A stretch of 64,000 nt of DNA from Patescibacteria group bacterium (GCA_034722035.1 JAYENK010000029.1:5739-69738); one strand, 5' to 3'. Numbered from the stretch's first letter, positions 10,135 through 20,566 are shown. Notes: generated by a model not told the origin, from the letters alone. Translations and numbers: made by a program.

Positions 10135-10827
10135 ATGAAGTTTATTATAGGGAAAAAAATTGAAATGACCCAGGTATGGCAAGAGGGCAAGGTGGTAGCT
10201 GTTACTAAAGTTTTGGTTAATCCTTGCACTGTGGTTCAGGTTAAAAATGTTGATAAGGATGCTTACATGGCAGTACAGCTTGGTTATGGTACGCGGCAGG
10301 AAAAGAATATTAAAAAACCACAAAAAGGTCATTTTAAAAATTTAAATAATTTTGAATTTTTAAGAGAATTCAGAGTTGGTATTGGTGATTTAAGCCGTGG
10401 AGACATGTTTAATGTTTCTAGTTTTGCGCTTGGTGACACCGTTCAGGCAAGTGGAGTAAGCAAAGGTAAAGGTTTTCAGGGAGTTGTGAAACGACATGGT
10501 TTTAAAGGAACAAAAAAAACTCATGGAAACAAAGATCAGCTAAGAATGCCCGGTTCAATTGGTGCAACCGGTCCGGCTCATGTTTTTAAAGGCACCAGGA
10601 TGGGTGGTCGCATGGGTGGAGACAATGTAACAATAAAAAATTTAGAAATAATTAAAATAGACGAAAAGGAAAATGTTTTATATATTAAAGGAGCAGTTCC
10701 TGGAGCAAGAAATTCTTATATTTTTATCATGGGTGAAGGAAATATGAAAGTGGTAAGCAAAAAAGATGAAAAAGTAGAAAATAAAGCAGATGAAAAGAAA
10801 GATATTAATAACCGGGAAGTCCTTTGA
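10135..10827 (+). CDS. rplC: 50S ribosomal protein L3 (Lys-rich C-terminal tail)
   Basis: GKKIEMTQVWQ...GVSKGKGFQGVVKRHGF... Confidence 0.95.
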   Translation: MKFIIGKKIEMTQVWQEGKVVAVTKVLVNPCTVVQVKNVDKDAYMAVQLGYGTRQEKNIKKPQKGHFKNLNNFEFLREFRVGIGDLSRGDMFNVSSFALGDTVQASGVSKGKGFQGVVKRHGFKGTKKTHGNKDQLRMPGSIGATGPAHVFKGTRMGGRMGGDNVTIKNLEIIKIDEKENVLYIKGAVPGARNSYIFIMGEGNMKVVSKKDEKVENKADEKKDINNREVL

Positions 10828-10863
10828 TAAGCTCAGGATTCTTTGAAAAAAAAGTAAAATAAT

Positions 10864-11514
10864 ATGTCAATTAGTGTAAAAACATATAATATAAAGGGTG
10901 AAGAGTCAGGAAAGATTAAACTTGATGAAAAAGTATTTGCTGTAAAAACAAATGAAGCTTTGGTACACCAAGTAATGGTCGCGCAAACCGCAAATGAAAG
11001 ACAAATGATTGCTCATACCAAGGATCGCAGTGAAGTACGCGGTGGTGGACGCAAACCTTGGCGTCAAAAGGGGACTGGCCGGGCTCGAGCCGGATCAAGT
11101 CGTTCTCCAATTTGGATTGGAGGCGGCGTAACTTTTGGTCCGCGCAATGAACGTAATTTTAAAAAACAAATAAATAAAAAAATGAAGCAAAAAGCTTTGC
11201 TCATGGTGTTGTCCGATAAAGTTGAAAGCAAACAAATTTTTGTTTTAGATGAATTGAGTTACGAAAAACCGAACACAAAACAAGCGGCTGAGATGTTTGA
11301 AAAAATCGTTAAAAAGGATAATAAAGAAAACAAAATAAGTATTCTAGTTGTTAATGGCAAGGTTGATAAAAAAGCTTGGTATTCAATTCGTAATTTAGTT
11401 GGTGCAAAATATATCAATATCGATAATATTAATATATTAGATTTATTAAAAAAGAAAAATTTGTTTTTGACTAAAGAAGCGGTAAAAATTTTGGAAGAAA
11501 AATATAGCAAATAA
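10864..11514 (+). CDS. rplD: 50S ribosomal protein L4
   Basis: RSEVRGGGRKPWRQKGTGRARAGSSRSPIWIGGGVTFGP. Confidence 0.95.
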   Translation: MSISVKTYNIKGEESGKIKLDEKVFAVKTNEALVHQVMVAQTANERQMIAHTKDRSEVRGGGRKPWRQKGTGRARAGSSRSPIWIGGGVTFGPRNERNFKKQINKKMKQKALLMVLSDKVESKQIFVLDELSYEKPNTKQAAEMFEKIVKKDNKENKISILVVNGKVDKKAWYSIRNLVGAKYINIDNINILDLLKKKNLFLTKEAVKILEEKYSK

Positions 11515-11520
11515 AGCAAT

Positions 11521-11976
11521 ATGGGAATATTTAATAAAGTAAAAAAAGAAAAAGACAATAAAAGTACCGGCAAAAAATCTAGTATGAAGGATTTGTATGA
11601 AGATAAAGACAAGCAAAAAAGTGAAAAAAGCAAAGAGAGTTCGGTAAAAGCTGTTGCTACAGCTAAAACCGACAAAACTGATGCAAAACTTGGAAATGCT
11701 TATCAGATTTTAGTTCGACCTTTAATTACAGAAAAGGCAGCCAATCTTGGCTCTGAAGATAAATATGTATTTGCTGTAAATAAAAATGCAAATAAAATAG
11801 AAATTGCTAAAGCGATTAATGAAGTATACGGTATTAAGCCGATTGCGGTAAATATTGTTCGAGTAGGTGGGAAAAAGGTGCGTCATGGACGAGTTCAGGG
11901 TCGGCGCAAAGATTGGAAAAAAGCAATAGTGACTTTACCTAAAGGTAAAACTATAAATATTTACGAAGGCGTTTAA
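11521..11976 (+). CDS. rplW: 50S ribosomal protein L23 with an approximately 55-aa Lys/Glu-rich N-terminal extension
   Basis: The L23 core is YQILVRPLITEKA...KKAIVTL. Starts 7 bp after the rplD stop, so the extension is probably genuine. Confidence 0.9.
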   Translation: MGIFNKVKKEKDNKSTGKKSSMKDLYEDKDKQKSEKSKESSVKAVATAKTDKTDAKLGNAYQILVRPLITEKAANLGSEDKYVFAVNKNANKIEIAKAINEVYGIKPIAVNIVRVGGKKVRHGRVQGRRKDWKKAIVTLPKGKTINIYEGV

Positions 11977-11991
11977 ATAATTATCAAACAC

Positions 11992-12840
11992 ATGGGAATT
12001 AAGAAAAGAAAACCAATAACTTCAGGTCTCAGATCAGCTAGTTTTGATGATTTTTCTGATATCACCAAAAATAGTCCGGAAAAACGTTTGACCAAAACCA
12101 AGAAACGAATTAGCGGTCGTAATGCGCAAGGAAGAATTACTATTCGTCATCGTGGTGGCGGAGCCAAGCGTCGATTACGTATTATTGATTTTAAAAGAGA
12201 TAAATTTGATATATCAGCAACAGTAAAAGAAATAGAGTATGATCCAAATCGAGGCGCAAGAATAGCTTTGCTTTATTACGCAGACGGAGTAAAACGATAT
12301 ATTATTGCTCCGAGTGGACTTAAGCAGGGATGCCAGGTTATTAGCAGTCAAAACAAGATTGAAATAAAACGTGGCAATGCTATGCCTGTTCAATACATAC
12401 CGGCTGGCATCGCTATTCATAATGTTGAATTAGAACCGGGGTATGGCGCTAAAATTGCTCGCGGTGCCGGGAATAGCGTATTAATTATGGGTGTTGAAGG
12501 AAAATTTGCACAGTTAAAAATGCCGTCCGGTGAAATTCGTTTAGTCAAAAAAGATTGTATGTGTACAGTTGGGGTAAGCAGTAATTCGAATAAACGACAT
12601 ATAAAGCTTGGCAATGCCGGACGTAAAAGACATTTGGGCTTTCGTCCAACTGTTCGCGGAACAGTTATGAATCCGGTAGATCATCCGCATGGTGGCGGTG
12701 AGGGTAACCAGTCAATTGGTATGAAGCATCCAAAAACACCTTGGGGTAAGCCGGCGCTTGGAGTTAAAACCAGAAAAAAGAAAAAATCTAGCAATAAATT
12801 AATTATAAAAAGACGTGGTAATAAAAGGCGTCGTCGATAA
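11992..12840 (+). CDS. rplB: 50S ribosomal protein L2
   Basis: [19 protein letters not shown]...[13 protein letters not shown]. Confidence 0.97.
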   Translation: MGIKKRKPITSGLRSASFDDFSDITKNSPEKRLTKTKKRISGRNAQGRITIRHRGGGAKRRLRIIDFKRDKFDISATVKEIEYDPNRGARIALLYYADGVKRYIIAPSGLKQGCQVISSQNKIEIKRGNAMPVQYIPAGIAIHNVELEPGYGAKIARGAGNSVLIMGVEGKFAQLKMPSGEIRLVKKDCMCTVGVSSNSNKRHIKLGNAGRKRHLGFRPTVRGTVMNPVDHPHGGGEGNQSIGMKHPKTPWGKPALGVKTRKKKKSSNKLIIKRRGNKRRRR

Positions 12841-12843
12841 AAT

Positions 12844-13125
12844 ATGCCAAGAAGTTTAAAAAAAGGACCATATGTCAATGAAAGGCTTTTGAATAAGATT
12901 AAGAACCTTAAGCCTGGTGACAAAACTGTTTTAAAAACTTGGGATCGTGCTTGTACGATTACTCCGGAAATGGTTGGTTTTATCATTGGCGTGCATGATG
13001 GCAGGAAACACGCTGAAGTACGGATTGTAGAAAATATGGTTGGCCATAAATTGGGTGAATTTGCTTTGACTAGAAAATTTGTCAGTCATGGCGGTAAAAT
13101 GGCAAAAACCCAGTCCAAAGGATAA
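12844..13125 (+). CDS. rpsS: 30S ribosomal protein S19
   Basis: [11 protein letters not shown]...IGVHDGRKH. Confidence 0.95.
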   Translation: MPRSLKKGPYVNERLLNKIKNLKPGDKTVLKTWDRACTITPEMVGFIIGVHDGRKHAEVRIVENMVGHKLGEFALTRKFVSHGGKMAKTQSKG

Positions 13126-13143
13126 ATAATTAAACTATTCGCA

Positions 13144-13719
13144 ATGGAAATAAAAGCTAAGACAAGATATGTAAAAATGTCTCCGCGCAAGGTGCGGGCG
13201 GTTATTGATGTTTTGCGTGGGCTTAAAATTGAAGAAGCAATGAATCAGCTTCAGTTTATTAACAAGTGGGCGGCGGTTCCGGTTCGAAAGCTTTTAGCTT
13301 CCGTCGTGGCTAATGCTGAACATAATTTTGAATTGAAAGAAGATAATTTATATATTAAAGAAATTAAAGTAGACGATGGACCAACTTTAAAACGTTGGAT
13401 GCCACGCGCACGCGGACGAGCCACCACCATTCGTAAACGATCTAGCCATATTGAATTGACGCTAGGTGAACTTGTGGATAGTGGTAAAACCGGTCCTAGA
13501 AAGCAAGAATTAGAAGCGCCAATTAAGCTGGGTAAAGAGCCAAAAGAAAATAAAGGCGTAAAAGTAGATAGCAAAAAAGAAGATGATAAAGAAAAGGGCA
13601 GTGAAGATAAAAAAGAAATTATTAATCCACGCGGACACGGTAAAGGAAAGAATACAAAAATTGAAGGTAAGAGTGAAAAAGGTTTTGCTAATAAAATTTT
13701 TAGACGCAAGTCTGGTTAG
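13144..13719 (+). CDS. rplV: 50S ribosomal protein L22 with an approximately 80-aa Lys-rich C-terminal extension
   Basis: L22 core MSPRKVRAVIDVLRG...RARGRATTIRKRSSHIEL, then a K/E/G-rich tail. Confidence 0.9.
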   Translation: MEIKAKTRYVKMSPRKVRAVIDVLRGLKIEEAMNQLQFINKWAAVPVRKLLASVVANAEHNFELKEDNLYIKEIKVDDGPTLKRWMPRARGRATTIRKRSSHIELTLGELVDSGKTGPRKQELEAPIKLGKEPKENKGVKVDSKKEDDKEKGSEDKKEIINPRGHGKGKNTKIEGKSEKGFANKIFRRKSG

Positions 13720-13732
13720 GTAATTATATACT

Positions 13733-14431
13733 ATGGGAAAAAAGATTAATCCAAAAATATTTCGAATTAGCGTAACTAAGAAATGGCCGTCCAAATGGTT
13801 TGCGACTGGCAGAAATTACGCAAAAAAAGTAGAGCAAGATGTTTGTACTCGCCGTTTTATATTAAAAGAATTAATGGAAGCTGGCGTTGATCGAGTAGAT
13901 ATTGAGCGCAATACCGACAAGATTAACGTTAATATTTATACGGCTAAGCCTGGTTTAATTATCGGTCGTGGTGGTACCGGAGTAGACGATTTAAAAAAGA
14001 AAATTCATAGCAAGTTTTTAAAAAATTATAAACCAAGTAATATTAATTTAGATATTCATGAATTTGATCGACCGAATTTGAGCGCACAGATTATTGTACA
14101 ATCAATGACAGTTGATATTGAAAAAAGAATGCCGTTTCGACGTGTAATGAAGCAAGCGATTTCTCGTGTGGAAAGAGCCGGCGCGCTTGGAGTTAAGGTG
14201 AAAGTATCAGGACGTTTGAATGGAGCAGAAATTGCTCGCTCAGAAATGCTGGCCAGCGGTAAGATTCCTTTACATACTTTGCGGGCTGATATTGATTATG
14301 CTCGCGGCTCGGTTCGTACTACTTATGGTGCGGTTGGGATTAAGATATGGATTTATAAAGGAGACAGATTTGAAGAATCCAGTGAAAAAAAGGGAGAGGT
14401 CCTAGGTAAAAAAACAGGACCAAGAAAATAA
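13733..14431 (+). CDS. rpsC: 30S ribosomal protein S3
   Basis: KH domain and the S3 C-terminal domain (GRLNGAEIARSE...). Confidence 0.95.
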   Translation: MGKKINPKIFRISVTKKWPSKWFATGRNYAKKVEQDVCTRRFILKELMEAGVDRVDIERNTDKINVNIYTAKPGLIIGRGGTGVDDLKKKIHSKFLKNYKPSNINLDIHEFDRPNLSAQIIVQSMTVDIEKRMPFRRVMKQAISRVERAGALGVKVKVSGRLNGAEIARSEMLASGKIPLHTLRADIDYARGSVRTTYGAVGIKIWIYKGDRFEESSEKKGEVLGKKTGPRK

Positions 14432-14455
14432 TTATTTAATTTTGAAGCAGATAAT

Positions 14456-14860
14456 ATGTTGATGCCGAAAAAATCTAAATATCGAAAGTCGCACAAAGGA
14501 CGAAGAGGCGGCAAGACCAATCGTAAGATAAAAATTGCCTTTGGCTCTTATGCGCTTAAAAGCAAGGAAGCACATTGGGTCACTTCACGTCAGATTGAAG
14601 CAGCGCGTCGAGTAATGACTCGTTACACTAAACGCGGCGGCAAGATTTGGATTCGTGTATTTCCGGATAAGCCAGTAACACAAAAGGGAGGTGAAATGCC
14701 GATGGGCAAAGGTAAAGGAGCGGTTGATCATTATGTGGTTGTAGTAAAGCCTGGTATGATAATATTTGAAATGGACGGTGTTGATGAAAAAATGGCTAAA
14801 GAGGCAATGGAATTGGCTGCTTACAAGCTACCGGTAAAGTGTAAATTTATAGTAAAATAA
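14456..14860 (+). CDS. rplP: 50S ribosomal protein L16
   Basis: [19 protein letters not shown]. Confidence 0.95.
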   Translation: MLMPKKSKYRKSHKGRRGGKTNRKIKIAFGSYALKSKEAHWVTSRQIEAARRVMTRYTKRGGKIWIRVFPDKPVTQKGGEMPMGKGKGAVDHYVVVVKPGMIIFEMDGVDEKMAKEAMELAAYKLPVKCKFIVK

Positions 14861-14869
14861 ATTAATATA

Positions 14870-15085
14870 ATGAATTATAAAGAATTAAAAAAGAAAAAAA
14901 CGAAAGATTTGCATAAAATATTAGCAGAAGCACGTAATAAGCTTAGAGAATTTCGTTTTAAAGACGCGAATAAACAGCTTAAGGATGTGCGGGTTATTCG
15001 CAAGACCAGAAATACTATTTCTCGCGTTTTAACATTATTAAATATAAAGTCAAAAGATTATGACCGAAAAAAAAGCAATAATTAA
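14870..15085 (+). CDS. rpmC: 50S ribosomal protein L29
   Basis: Position in the operon, about 70 aa helical K-rich protein. Overlaps the rpsQ start by 26 nt. Confidence 0.8.
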   Translation: MNYKELKKKKTKDLHKILAEARNKLREFRFKDANKQLKDVRVIRKTRNTISRVLTLLNIKSKDYDRKKSNN

Positions 15086-15308
15086 AAAAAAATTTACCGG
15101 ATTGGTTGTTAGTGATAAAATGAATAAAACAATTGTAGCGCAGGTTGACAGAGTAAAACAACATTCAAAATATATGAAGCGCTATACAGTTAGTAAACGC
15201 TATAAAGTTCATGATGAGAAAGAACAGTATAAGGAAGGAGAGCAAGTTAATTTTATTGAATGTCGTCCAATGTCAAAAGACAAAAAATGGCGTGTAATGT
15301 ATAAATAG
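15060..15308 (+). CDS. rpsQ: 30S ribosomal protein S17
   Basis: GLVVSDKMNKTIVAQVDR...HDEKEQYKEGEQV. Confidence 0.9.
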   Translation: MTEKKAIIKKKFTGLVVSDKMNKTIVAQVDRVKQHSKYMKRYTVSKRYKVHDEKEQYKEGEQVNFIECRPMSKDKKWRVMYK

Positions 15309-15680
15309 ATGATACAAGTAGAGTCAAAATTAAAAGTAGCCGACAATTCAGGTGCCAAAAAAGTAAAGTGCATTAAGGTTCTTGGTGGATATAAAAAAAG
15401 ATATTGCCGAGTTGGTGAAGTTTTTACCGCTTCAGTCAGAGAAGCTACTCCGCATACAGCCATTAAAAAGGGCGATGTTATTCATTGTGTTTTGGTGCGC
15501 AACAAAAAGGAGATTCGTCGTTTTGATGGAACTTATTTGCGTTTTGATGATAATGCTTGTGTTGTTTTGGATAAAGAAAAGAAGGAACCGCGGGCAAGTC
15601 GTATTTTTGGACCAATCGCCCGTGAAGTAAGACGAAAAGGATATTTTAAAATAGCCAGTTTGGCACCAGAAGTTTTATAA
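15309..15680 (+). CDS. rplN: 50S ribosomal protein L14
   Basis: [19 protein letters not shown]. Confidence 0.95.
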   Translation: MIQVESKLKVADNSGAKKVKCIKVLGGYKKRYCRVGEVFTASVREATPHTAIKKGDVIHCVLVRNKKEIRRFDGTYLRFDDNACVVLDKEKKEPRASRIFGPIAREVRRKGYFKIASLAPEVL

Positions 15681-15696
15681 TTTTTTAATAGAGTTT

Positions 15697-16023
15697 ATGA
15701 ATATTAAGAAAGGGGACAAAGTAAAGTTACTTGCAGGAAAAGATAAGGGTAAAACCGGGAAGGTTTTGCAGGTGTTTGTGGACCGCAAAAAAGCCAGCAT
15801 TGAAGGGCTTAATTTACTTATTAAGCATATGCGTCCAAAAAAACAGGGCGAGAAAGGACAGCGAATTGAATTTCCGGCGCCAATGTCAATTTCTAATTTA
15901 ATTTTAGTATGTCCAAAATGTAATAAGCCTAGTCGAGTTGGTGTTAAAGCAATTAAATCAGAGAAAACAGGTAAAACTAAAAAATATCGAGTTTGTAAAA
16001 AATGTAATAAAGTAGTAGATTAA
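15697..16023 (+). CDS. rplX: 50S ribosomal protein L24 (KOW) with a C-terminal CxxC...CxxC zinc ribbon
   Basis: IKKGDKVKLLAGKDKGKTGKV... then CPKCNK...CKKCNK, a Zn-ribbon variant as in Thermus L24. Confidence 0.9.
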   Translation: MNIKKGDKVKLLAGKDKGKTGKVLQVFVDRKKASIEGLNLLIKHMRPKKQGEKGQRIEFPAPMSISNLILVCPKCNKPSRVGVKAIKSEKTGKTKKYRVCKKCNKVVD

Positions 16024-16033
16024 ATATACTAAA

Positions 16034-16576
16034 ATGAGATTACAAGAACAGTATAAAAAACAAATAGTGCCGGAACTTAAGAAGAAGTTTGCTTATAAAA
16101 ATATTTTTGAAGTGCCGTGCATTGAAAAGATAGTAGTTAATGTTGGTTTTGGTCGGCACAATAAAGATAAGCAATACATTAAAATGGTTGAAGAAGGTTT
16201 AACCCGCATTACCGGACAGAAGCCAATGCTCAATAAAGCTAAAAAATCAATTTCCGCGTTTAAAATAAGGGAAGGAAATATCATCGGCGCTTCAGTCACT
16301 TTACGCGGCAAGCGAATGTATGATTTTTTGGAAAAACTAATCAATGTTTCTTTTCCGCGAGTTCAAGATTTTCGTGGAATTAATAGCAAGGGGATTGATA
16401 GAACCGGAAATTTAACAGTCGGCTTTAAAGAGCATACATCTTTTCCGGAAATTAAGCTTGGCGAAGTTGATAATGTTTTTGGTCTAGAGCTTTCTTTGGC
16501 AACTAGCGCAAAAAATAAAGAAGAAGGTTTAGCCTTGTTTACTTTATTAGGATTTCCATTTAAGAAAAAACAATAA
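16034..16576 (+). CDS. rplE: 50S ribosomal protein L5
   Basis: Canonical L5 signature and operon position. Confidence 0.95.
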   Translation: MRLQEQYKKQIVPELKKKFAYKNIFEVPCIEKIVVNVGFGRHNKDKQYIKMVEEGLTRITGQKPMLNKAKKSISAFKIREGNIIGASVTLRGKRMYDFLEKLINVSFPRVQDFRGINSKGIDRTGNLTVGFKEHTSFPEIKLGEVDNVFGLELSLATSAKNKEEGLALFTLLGFPFKKKQ

Positions 16577-16580
16577 TACT

Positions 16581-16766
16581 ATGGCAAGAAAAGCACTAAT
16601 CGCTAAAACTAAAAAAACACCTAAATTTAGTACACGCAAAATACATCGTTGTTGGCGTTGTGGTCGTAATTGTGGCTATATGCGCGATTTTAATCTTTGT
16701 CGTATTTGTTTTCGTGAGCTTTCAGAGAATGGCGATATTCCCGGAGTAAGACGTTCGTCTTGGTAA
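16581..16766 (+). CDS. rpsN: 30S ribosomal protein S14 type Z (zinc-binding, 61 aa)
   Basis: CWRCGRNCGYMRDFNLCRICFRE. Confidence 0.9.
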   Translation: MARKALIAKTKKTPKFSTRKIHRCWRCGRNCGYMRDFNLCRICFRELSENGDIPGVRRSSW

Positions 16767-16806
16767 TAAATAATATAATAAAATAATTCAAATAATTAAA
16801 ATCACT

Positions 16807-17220
16807 ATGACAGATCCAATTGCTGATATGTTAACTCGGATAAGAAATGCCACAGCCGCCAAAAAAAGCGAGCTTGTTTTGCCAATGAGTAAAATTAAGC
16901 ATGAAATTGCTAAAATTTTACAAAAAGAGGGTTGGATTCTTGATGCGCGAACCGTCAAAAAACAAATAGCAAAGAATCAAAGCAATAGTTTTGATGAATT
17001 GAAAATAGTTTTAAAATATAAAAAAAGCGGTAAGCCTTTTATTGCTTCAATCAAAAGAATCAGTAAGCCGGGGCTTAGAATCTATGTCAAAAAAAATGAT
17101 TTGCCGAGAGTTTTGAATAATTTCGGAATGGCAATAATTTCTACCCCCAAAGGGCTTATGACGAATAAAGAGGCGCGAAAGGCTAATTTGGGTGGAGAGG
17201 TTCTGTGTGAAATTTATTAA
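16807..17220 (+). CDS. rpsH: 30S ribosomal protein S8
   Basis: MTDPIADMLTRIRNA. Confidence 0.95.
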   Translation: MTDPIADMLTRIRNATAAKKSELVLPMSKIKHEIAKILQKEGWILDARTVKKQIAKNQSNSFDELKIVLKYKKSGKPFIASIKRISKPGLRIYVKKNDLPRVLNNFGMAIISTPKGLMTNKEARKANLGGEVLCEIY

Positions 17221-17235
17221 AAATATTTTAAAAAT

Positions 17236-17781
17236 ATGTCACGTTTAGGAAAATTACCAATTGAACTTGTTGACGGAACTGAAGCTCGTATTCAGGATGG
17301 TTTTGTAATTGTAAAAGGGAGAAAAGGGGAGTTAAAGCAAAAATTACATGATTTGGCTATGGTTAAAATTGAAGATAAGCAAATTATCGTTAGCATAAAA
17401 AATCCAAAAATAAAAAAAGAAAGAGCATTTTGGGGATTGTATCGCAGTTTGATTAATAATATGGTTATAGGAGTAAATGATGGCTTTGAAAAAAAGCTGG
17501 AAGTGGTTGGAGTTGGTTACCGTGTAGCGCTTTCTGGAAAAAATCTAAAATTAAATGTTGGTTTTTCTCATCAGGTTGATTTTTCTTTGCCAGATGGGAT
17601 AGAGGGAGCAGTTGAGGGGAATATAGTTACTATTAGCGGATTTGATAAGCAATTGGTCGGTGAAACTGCCGCCAAAATCAGAAAAATTAAAAAACCGGAG
17701 CCATATAAAGGCAAAGGGATTAAATATACAGACGAAATTGTTCGCCGCAAAGAAGGTAAGACAGCGGCCAAAGGAGAATAA
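17236..17781 (+). CDS. rplF: 50S ribosomal protein L6
   Basis: MSRLGKLPIEL, two L6 repeats. Confidence 0.95.
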   Translation: MSRLGKLPIELVDGTEARIQDGFVIVKGRKGELKQKLHDLAMVKIEDKQIIVSIKNPKIKKERAFWGLYRSLINNMVIGVNDGFEKKLEVVGVGYRVALSGKNLKLNVGFSHQVDFSLPDGIEGAVEGNIVTISGFDKQLVGETAAKIRKIKKPEPYKGKGIKYTDEIVRRKEGKTAAKGE

Positions 17782-17792
17782 TATAAATTTAT

Positions 17793-18149
17793 ATGGATAA
17801 AAATAAGAAAAAATTAAATAGTCGCATTCGTCGGCATAATCGAGTTCGAGCAAAAATATCCGGGACTGGCGTTCGTCCACGTCTTAGTGTTTTCAAATCA
17901 AATAGCAGTATTTATTTACAATTAATTGATGATAGAAATGGTAAAACTTTAGTTAGCGCGAACGTAAAGGAAGTAAGAAAGAAAGATTTAAATAAAACCG
18001 AGCAAGCAGCAGAATTAGGCAAGCTTATTGCGGAAAAAGCCAAGAAAGAAAAGATCGATGTAGTTGTTTTTGACAAAGGGCCTTATAAATATCATGGCCG
18101 TGTAAAGGCAGTGGCCGACGCAGCTAGAGAAAGCGGCCTTAAATTTTAA
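17793..18149 (+). CDS. rplR: 50S ribosomal protein L18
   Basis: [20 protein letters not shown]. Confidence 0.9.
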   Translation: MDKNKKKLNSRIRRHNRVRAKISGTGVRPRLSVFKSNSSIYLQLIDDRNGKTLVSANVKEVRKKDLNKTEQAAELGKLIAEKAKKEKIDVVVFDKGPYKYHGRVKAVADAARESGLKF

Positions 18150-18159
18150 ATTTATAAAC

Positions 18160-18819
18160 ATGGAAGAAGCTAAAAATAAAATTCAAGATAAGCCAAAGAG
18201 CGCACAGGGTAGCGCAGTTAACAAAACCGTTTATTCCAAAAGACGATCTGACAAAAAAAGAGCTCGTCCTAAAAGGTATGAGAAACCAAAGGATGAGTTT
18301 GATCAAAAAATTGTTGATATTGCGCGTGTTACCAGGGTGATGGCCGGTGGAAAACGAATGCGTTTTCGTGCTTGCGTTGCGATTGGCAATAAAAAAGGCA
18401 AGATAGCGGTTGGCATAGACAAGGGATCTGATGTTAGCATTGCGGTCAATAAGGCGGTAAATAAGGCAAAGAAAAAAATTGTAGATATTTCAATTGTAAA
18501 CGATACAATTCCGCATGAAGTTTATTATAAATATGGCGCAGCGAAAATTTTATTTCGTCCTGCCGGCGGCGGTCGAGGAATTATTTCTGGTGGAGCCACT
18601 CGCGCTATTTTAGAGTTGAGCGGTATCAAGAATATTACTACCAAAAATCTTGGAACAAATAATCCGGTTAATATTGCAAAATGCACGGTTGAAGCGCTTG
18701 ATAGCTTGAAAAAAGTTGAGGTAAAAAAGGATAATAAGAATTTAGAGAAAATAAAAAAAGAAAAAACTTCAGAGAACAAAATAGAAGAAAAAAATACAGA
18801 AAAAGCAAAGAATAAATAA
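18160..18819 (+). CDS. rpsE: 30S ribosomal protein S5 with Lys-rich N- and C-terminal extensions
   Basis: VTRVMAGGKRMRFRACVAIGNKKG...GRGIISGGATRAILELSGI. Confidence 0.9.
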   Translation: MEEAKNKIQDKPKSAQGSAVNKTVYSKRRSDKKRARPKRYEKPKDEFDQKIVDIARVTRVMAGGKRMRFRACVAIGNKKGKIAVGIDKGSDVSIAVNKAVNKAKKKIVDISIVNDTIPHEVYYKYGAAKILFRPAGGGRGIISGGATRAILELSGIKNITTKNLGTNNPVNIAKCTVEALDSLKKVEVKKDNKNLEKIKKEKTSENKIEEKNTEKAKNK

Positions 18820-18823
18820 AATT

Positions 18824-19249
18824 ATGTCATTATCAACTCATACAATCAAAGGTGCTAAGGGTTCGAGCAAAAAACGTAAACGGATCGGACGGGGTAATGC
18901 TTCCGGTACCGGGACTTATTCCGGTAAAGGACTTAAGGGGCAAAATTGCCGCTCTGGTGTTTCTAATTTAAAACGGCTTGGCATGAAGCAAGTGCTACTC
19001 CGTACTCCGAAAAAACGTGGTTTTAATTCGGTTAAGTCGAAAAAACAAGTTGTCAACTTAAGTGATTTAAATAAACATTTCAAAGAAGGTGAAATTGTGT
19101 CTAAGGAGTCATTGCTTAAAAAGGCTTTAGTTGATAATATTAAAGTAAATGTTAAAATTTTAGCTAAAGGTGAGTTAACAGTAAAGAATTTAAAGTTTAA
19201 AGACGTTTTAATGAGTGAAGCTGCTAAAAAACAGCTTAAAGTTAAATAG
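18824..19249 (+). CDS. rplO: 50S ribosomal protein L15, directly after S5 (no rpmD/L30 in between)
   Basis: GRGNASGTGTYSGKGLKGQN. Only 4 bp separate the rpsE stop from the rplO start. Confidence 0.9.
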   Translation: MSLSTHTIKGAKGSSKKRKRIGRGNASGTGTYSGKGLKGQNCRSGVSNLKRLGMKQVLLRTPKKRGFNSVKSKKQVVNLSDLNKHFKEGEIVSKESLLKKALVDNIKVNVKILAKGELTVKNLKFKDVLMSEAAKKQLKVK

Positions 19250-19263
19250 CAAGTAGATTTATT

Positions 19264-20538
19264 ATGATTATAGATAAATTAATTCAAATCTGGCGCGCAA
19301 AAGATCTTCGAAATAGCCTTCTATTTGTTTTGGCTATGTTGGTTATTTTTCGTATTGCCGCCCATATTCCGGTTCCAGGCGTTGACACAGTCGCTTTGGA
19401 AGATTTTTTTGGCAACAATCAAATTCTGGGGCTACTTAATATGTTTTCCGGTGGCAGTATGCAGAATTTTTCAATTGTAATGATGGGAATTGCTCCTTAT
19501 ATTACAGCTTCTATTATTTTTCAGCTTCTTGGAATGATTATTCCAAAACTGGAAAAAATGCAAAAAGAAGAAGCCGGACGGCAAAAAATAAATATGTGGA
19601 CACGTTGGTTGACTGTGCCAATGGCAATGATGCAGGCTTTTGGCATGATTACCTTGCTTAGCCGTTCCGGTACAAATATTTTAGCTGATGTAGGCGGGTT
19701 TGACGTTGTCAGTATGTTAATAATTATTACTGCTGGTACAATATTCTTGATGTGGATTGGCGAACTTATTACCGAGAAGAAGGTGGGAAACGGCATCTCC
19801 CTTTTGATTTTTGCCGGTATTGTGGCCGGTTTACCTCAGGCCGCACAGCAAATATTTGTCACTTTCGACCAATCTCAATTATTTATGATGATTGGTTTTA
19901 TTGCGATTGCGATAATAACCATTGTGGGCGTGGTTGTAATCACCGAAGCACAGCGTAATGTTCCGGTGCAATATGCCAAACAAATTCGAGGCAACCGTAT
20001 GTATGGTGGCACTAGTAGTCATTTGCCCCTCAGAGTAAATATGGCCGGAGTTATTCCGATTATTTTCGCTATTTCAGTAGTGCTTTTTCCAAGTATGATT
20101 GCACAATTTTTTATACAAGCAAAAACCGCCTGGATTGCTTTTGCAGCTGAATGGGTGATTGCAATGTTTAATAATCAGCTTTTTTACGGTGTATCTTATT
20201 TTATTTTGGTTTTTGCTTTTACTTTCTTTTATACAGAAGTGATTTTTCATCCGACTCAGATTGCCGAAAATTTGCAAAAACAGGGCGGATTTATTCCCGG
20301 AATTAGGCCGGGAAAAAATACTAGTGAATATTTAGCTAACACTACACATAAAATTATATTAGTCGGTGCTTTATTTTTGGGGATTATCGCAATTTTGCCG
20401 TTAATTTTAAAAGCAATTACCAACATGCAAGCTTTAGCCTTAGGAGGAACCAGCTTGCTAATCGTAGTAGCGGTTGTTATTGAAACTGTTAAACAGATTG
20501 AATCACAGCTCACCATGAGAGAATACGACGGTGCTTAA
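19264..20538 (+). CDS. secY: Preprotein translocase SecY
   Basis: 10-TM protein with GMIAPYITASII and LLIFAGIVAG motifs. Confidence 0.95.
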   Translation: MIIDKLIQIWRAKDLRNSLLFVLAMLVIFRIAAHIPVPGVDTVALEDFFGNNQILGLLNMFSGGSMQNFSIVMMGIAPYITASIIFQLLGMIIPKLEKMQKEEAGRQKINMWTRWLTVPMAMMQAFGMITLLSRSGTNILADVGGFDVVSMLIIITAGTIFLMWIGELITEKKVGNGISLLIFAGIVAGLPQAAQQIFVTFDQSQLFMMIGFIAIAIITIVGVVVITEAQRNVPVQYAKQIRGNRMYGGTSSHLPLRVNMAGVIPIIFAISVVLFPSMIAQFFIQAKTAWIAFAAEWVIAMFNNQLFYGVSYFILVFAFTFFYTEVIFHPTQIAENLQKQGGFIPGIRPGKNTSEYLANTTHKIILVGALFLGIIAILPLILKAITNMQALALGGTSLLIVVAVVIETVKQIESQLTMREYDGA

Positions 20539-20566
20539 TTTTTTTATTTTTTATTACAGTATATAT

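Noticed and set aside
13251-13794. Minus-strand ORFs (13251..13709, 13510..13794) inside rplV and at the rpsC start
   Set aside because: Antisense to highly conserved ribosomal protein genes, hence shadow ORFs. The same reasoning applies to the other short antisense ORFs within fusA, tuf, rpoB, rpoC and leuS listed in the track.
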